A stretch of 50,391 nt of DNA from Bdellovibrio sp. (GTDB taxonomy: Bacteria; Bdellovibrionota; Bdellovibrionia; Bdellovibrionales; Bdellovibrionaceae): the NCBI GenBank assembly GCA_046318155.1, contig JBKCUU010000068.1, positions 1 through 50,391 on the forward strand, in the 5' to 3' direction. Made by a program: the position numbers and the translations under genes. Position 1 is the stretch's first letter, and the number at the start of each line of letters is the position of its first letter. The notes beneath the pieces were generated by a model. The model saw only the letters and a program-made list of their open reading frames with translations. It did no database searches and was not told the DNA's origin. This document shows positions 49,218 through 50,391 of this stretch, one piece after another.

Positions 49218-49523
49218 TTAAATCGTTTGGGAACTCAGAAATTCTAAAAGACCCTTCGATGGCTCGCGTTGCAAAAACCCCTTCAATTTAACTCGATAAG
49301 CCCTCAACAAAAAGAGGGTTTTGTTTTTTTGATGAACCTTGTGAAGAAAAGGCATTGATATCGTGCCTTTGTGAAAATTGCTGCTGCGTTTGTAGTAAGA
49401 CGACTGGATGAATTTAATAGCCGTGTCGTCGGAGAGGCCTCGACCGGTCACCCACAATCATCTATGGAAAAGTGAATCCAGCAAAGGAGGAATATGAGAA
49501 ATTTAAGTTCATTTAATTTCACC
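49218..49523 (-). pseudogene. Remnant paralogous to the 46.5-46.8 kb fragment
   Basis: Signal-like start (MKLNELKFLIFLLCW) frameshifted onto GRGLSDDTAIKFIQ, which matches the motif at 46698-46734. Confidence 0.45.
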
Positions 49524-49610
49524 CGCGGCGTTCAGAAAATGGTGCCTCAATCCTTCCTTTACGCAAACGATTTGCAAAAGCAGAAAAAAAACCGACGACA
49601 AAGGCAGGAA

Positions 49611-50237
49611 TCAAACACCGCGCCGCTGGAGAAACTCCTCTCGTGCAATGTATTTGCCACCCATTTGTCTTGTCACGTCCGTGACCATTTGGATGTCCAT
49701 CCAGGTGTGACCGAGCGAGCGCAAATGGTCCACCAGACGCCAGAGGGCCAGCTTCGAGGCGTTGTCGACGTGATGAAACATACTTTCACCCGAAAACAGC
49801 CCGTCGATCAGCACTCCGTAGATGCCTCCGACCAGCACACCGTCCCGCCAACATTCAAGACTCAGAGCCTCGCCCGACTCGTACAACTTTTCGTAGGCAG
49901 GAACCATGTCAGGCACGATCCAAGTCCCCGTCTGGCCGGGCCTGACTTGTTGCTGACAGGCTCGAACGACTTCCGAAAAGGCCTCATTGAGGGTAAACAT
50001 CCAGTTGTTTTTCTTGGCAAACTTTTTGAGACTTCGCGGGACGTGAAACTCTTTAAAGTCCAAGACGCCGCGAGGATCCGGGCTAAACCACAAAGGCGGG
50101 AGTCCCTCTTGGGGCCACGGAAAAATGCCTTTACGGTAGGCCGAGCGTAAGGTTTCTAGATTCAGGCTTCCGCCAACCGCGACCAATCCTTCTTTTGTTG
50201 AGTGCCTGGGATTTGGAAATTCGATGACATCCATCAT
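49611..50237 (-). CDS. aat: Leucyl/phenylalanyl-tRNA--protein transferase
   Basis: GLVAVGG.L..AY.KGIFPW, WFSPDPR, LVGGIYG..FSGESMF..NASK and DIQ motifs. Confidence 0.96.
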   Translation of the reverse strand: MMDVIEFPNPRHSTKEGLVAVGGSLNLETLRSAYRKGIFPWPQEGLPPLWFSPDPRGVLDFKEFHVPRSLKKFAKKNNWMFTLNEAFSEVVRACQQQVRPGQTGTWIVPDMVPAYEKLYESGEALSLECWRDGVLVGGIYGVLIDGLFSGESMFHHVDNASKLALWRLVDHLRSLGHTWMDIQMVTDVTRQMGGKYIAREEFLQRRGV

Positions 50238-50242
50238 AGATT

Positions 50243-50258
50243 CTCATGCTAGCATGAG
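50243..50258. promoter_or_regulatory. Perfect 16-bp palindrome over the putative aat -10
   Basis: CTCATGCTAGCATGAG; reads TGcTAGCAT on the minus strand, 8 nt before the aat ATG. Confidence 0.45.
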
Positions 50259-50391
50259 TTCTGGGTTTGCCGAGTCCGATCTCACGGATGTTGCGGCGTG
50301 CAGCCCTTGCCTTTTAATCCTGACTTTGGAACGACTAGGTCCCGATGCGAAAACTTGTCGTTAAAAAATTTGGCGGAACATCAGTTGGAAC

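Larger units (their letters stand above)
46698..49441. repeat. Diverged 37-bp direct repeat (46698-46734 and 49405-49441)
   Basis: 32/37 identical by manual alignment. Confidence 0.8.

Noticed and set aside
49494..50150. 218-aa plus-strand ORF with AAGGAGG upstream
   Set aside because: Mostly antisense to aat with no recognisable motifs. The SD is only 3 nt from the ATG and is explained by minus-strand codons of a remnant gene.
1..50391. CRISPR arrays, tRNA/rRNA, transposases, prophage genes
   Set aside because: None recognised by eye. Intergenic spaces are short and lack regular repeats. A covariance-model scan was not run.

Overview
A ~50 kb chromosomal segment that looks like a Bdellovibrionota (Bdellovibrio-like predator) genome. 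This is inferred from gene content and order, not from a marker gene. The backbone carries gap-pgk-tpiA, tmk-holB-tatD, secG plus an AgmX/TonB-C-like gene, a GldA/F/G-like ABC operon with DUF4340, a GHMP kinase and a DUF429-like gene, rqcH, an RsmB/NOP methylase, a phosphate/polyphosphate cluster (porin-like gene, phoU-phoB-phoR, ppx, ppk1-sixA), two PilZ genes and aat. Probable accessory inserts are a DUF4143 AAA ATPase with a perfect operator palindrome, a sodC-oxyR-ZIP-ybaN module with an OxyR-type box, a PLD lipoprotein, and a FecR/beta-barrel + CPAF-like protease + PP2C block. Two zones are decayed: 1-1825 and ~45.2-49.6 kb. The best candidates for undescribed systems are a ParB-like + spore-photoproduct-lyase-like radical SAM pair, the trans-envelope FecR/barrel block, and the OxyR-ZIP-SodC module. 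Sigma28- and sigma54-like promoters and many apparently leaderless starts are visible. I found no rRNA, tRNA, CRISPR array or transposase. All product calls come from motif recognition by eye.
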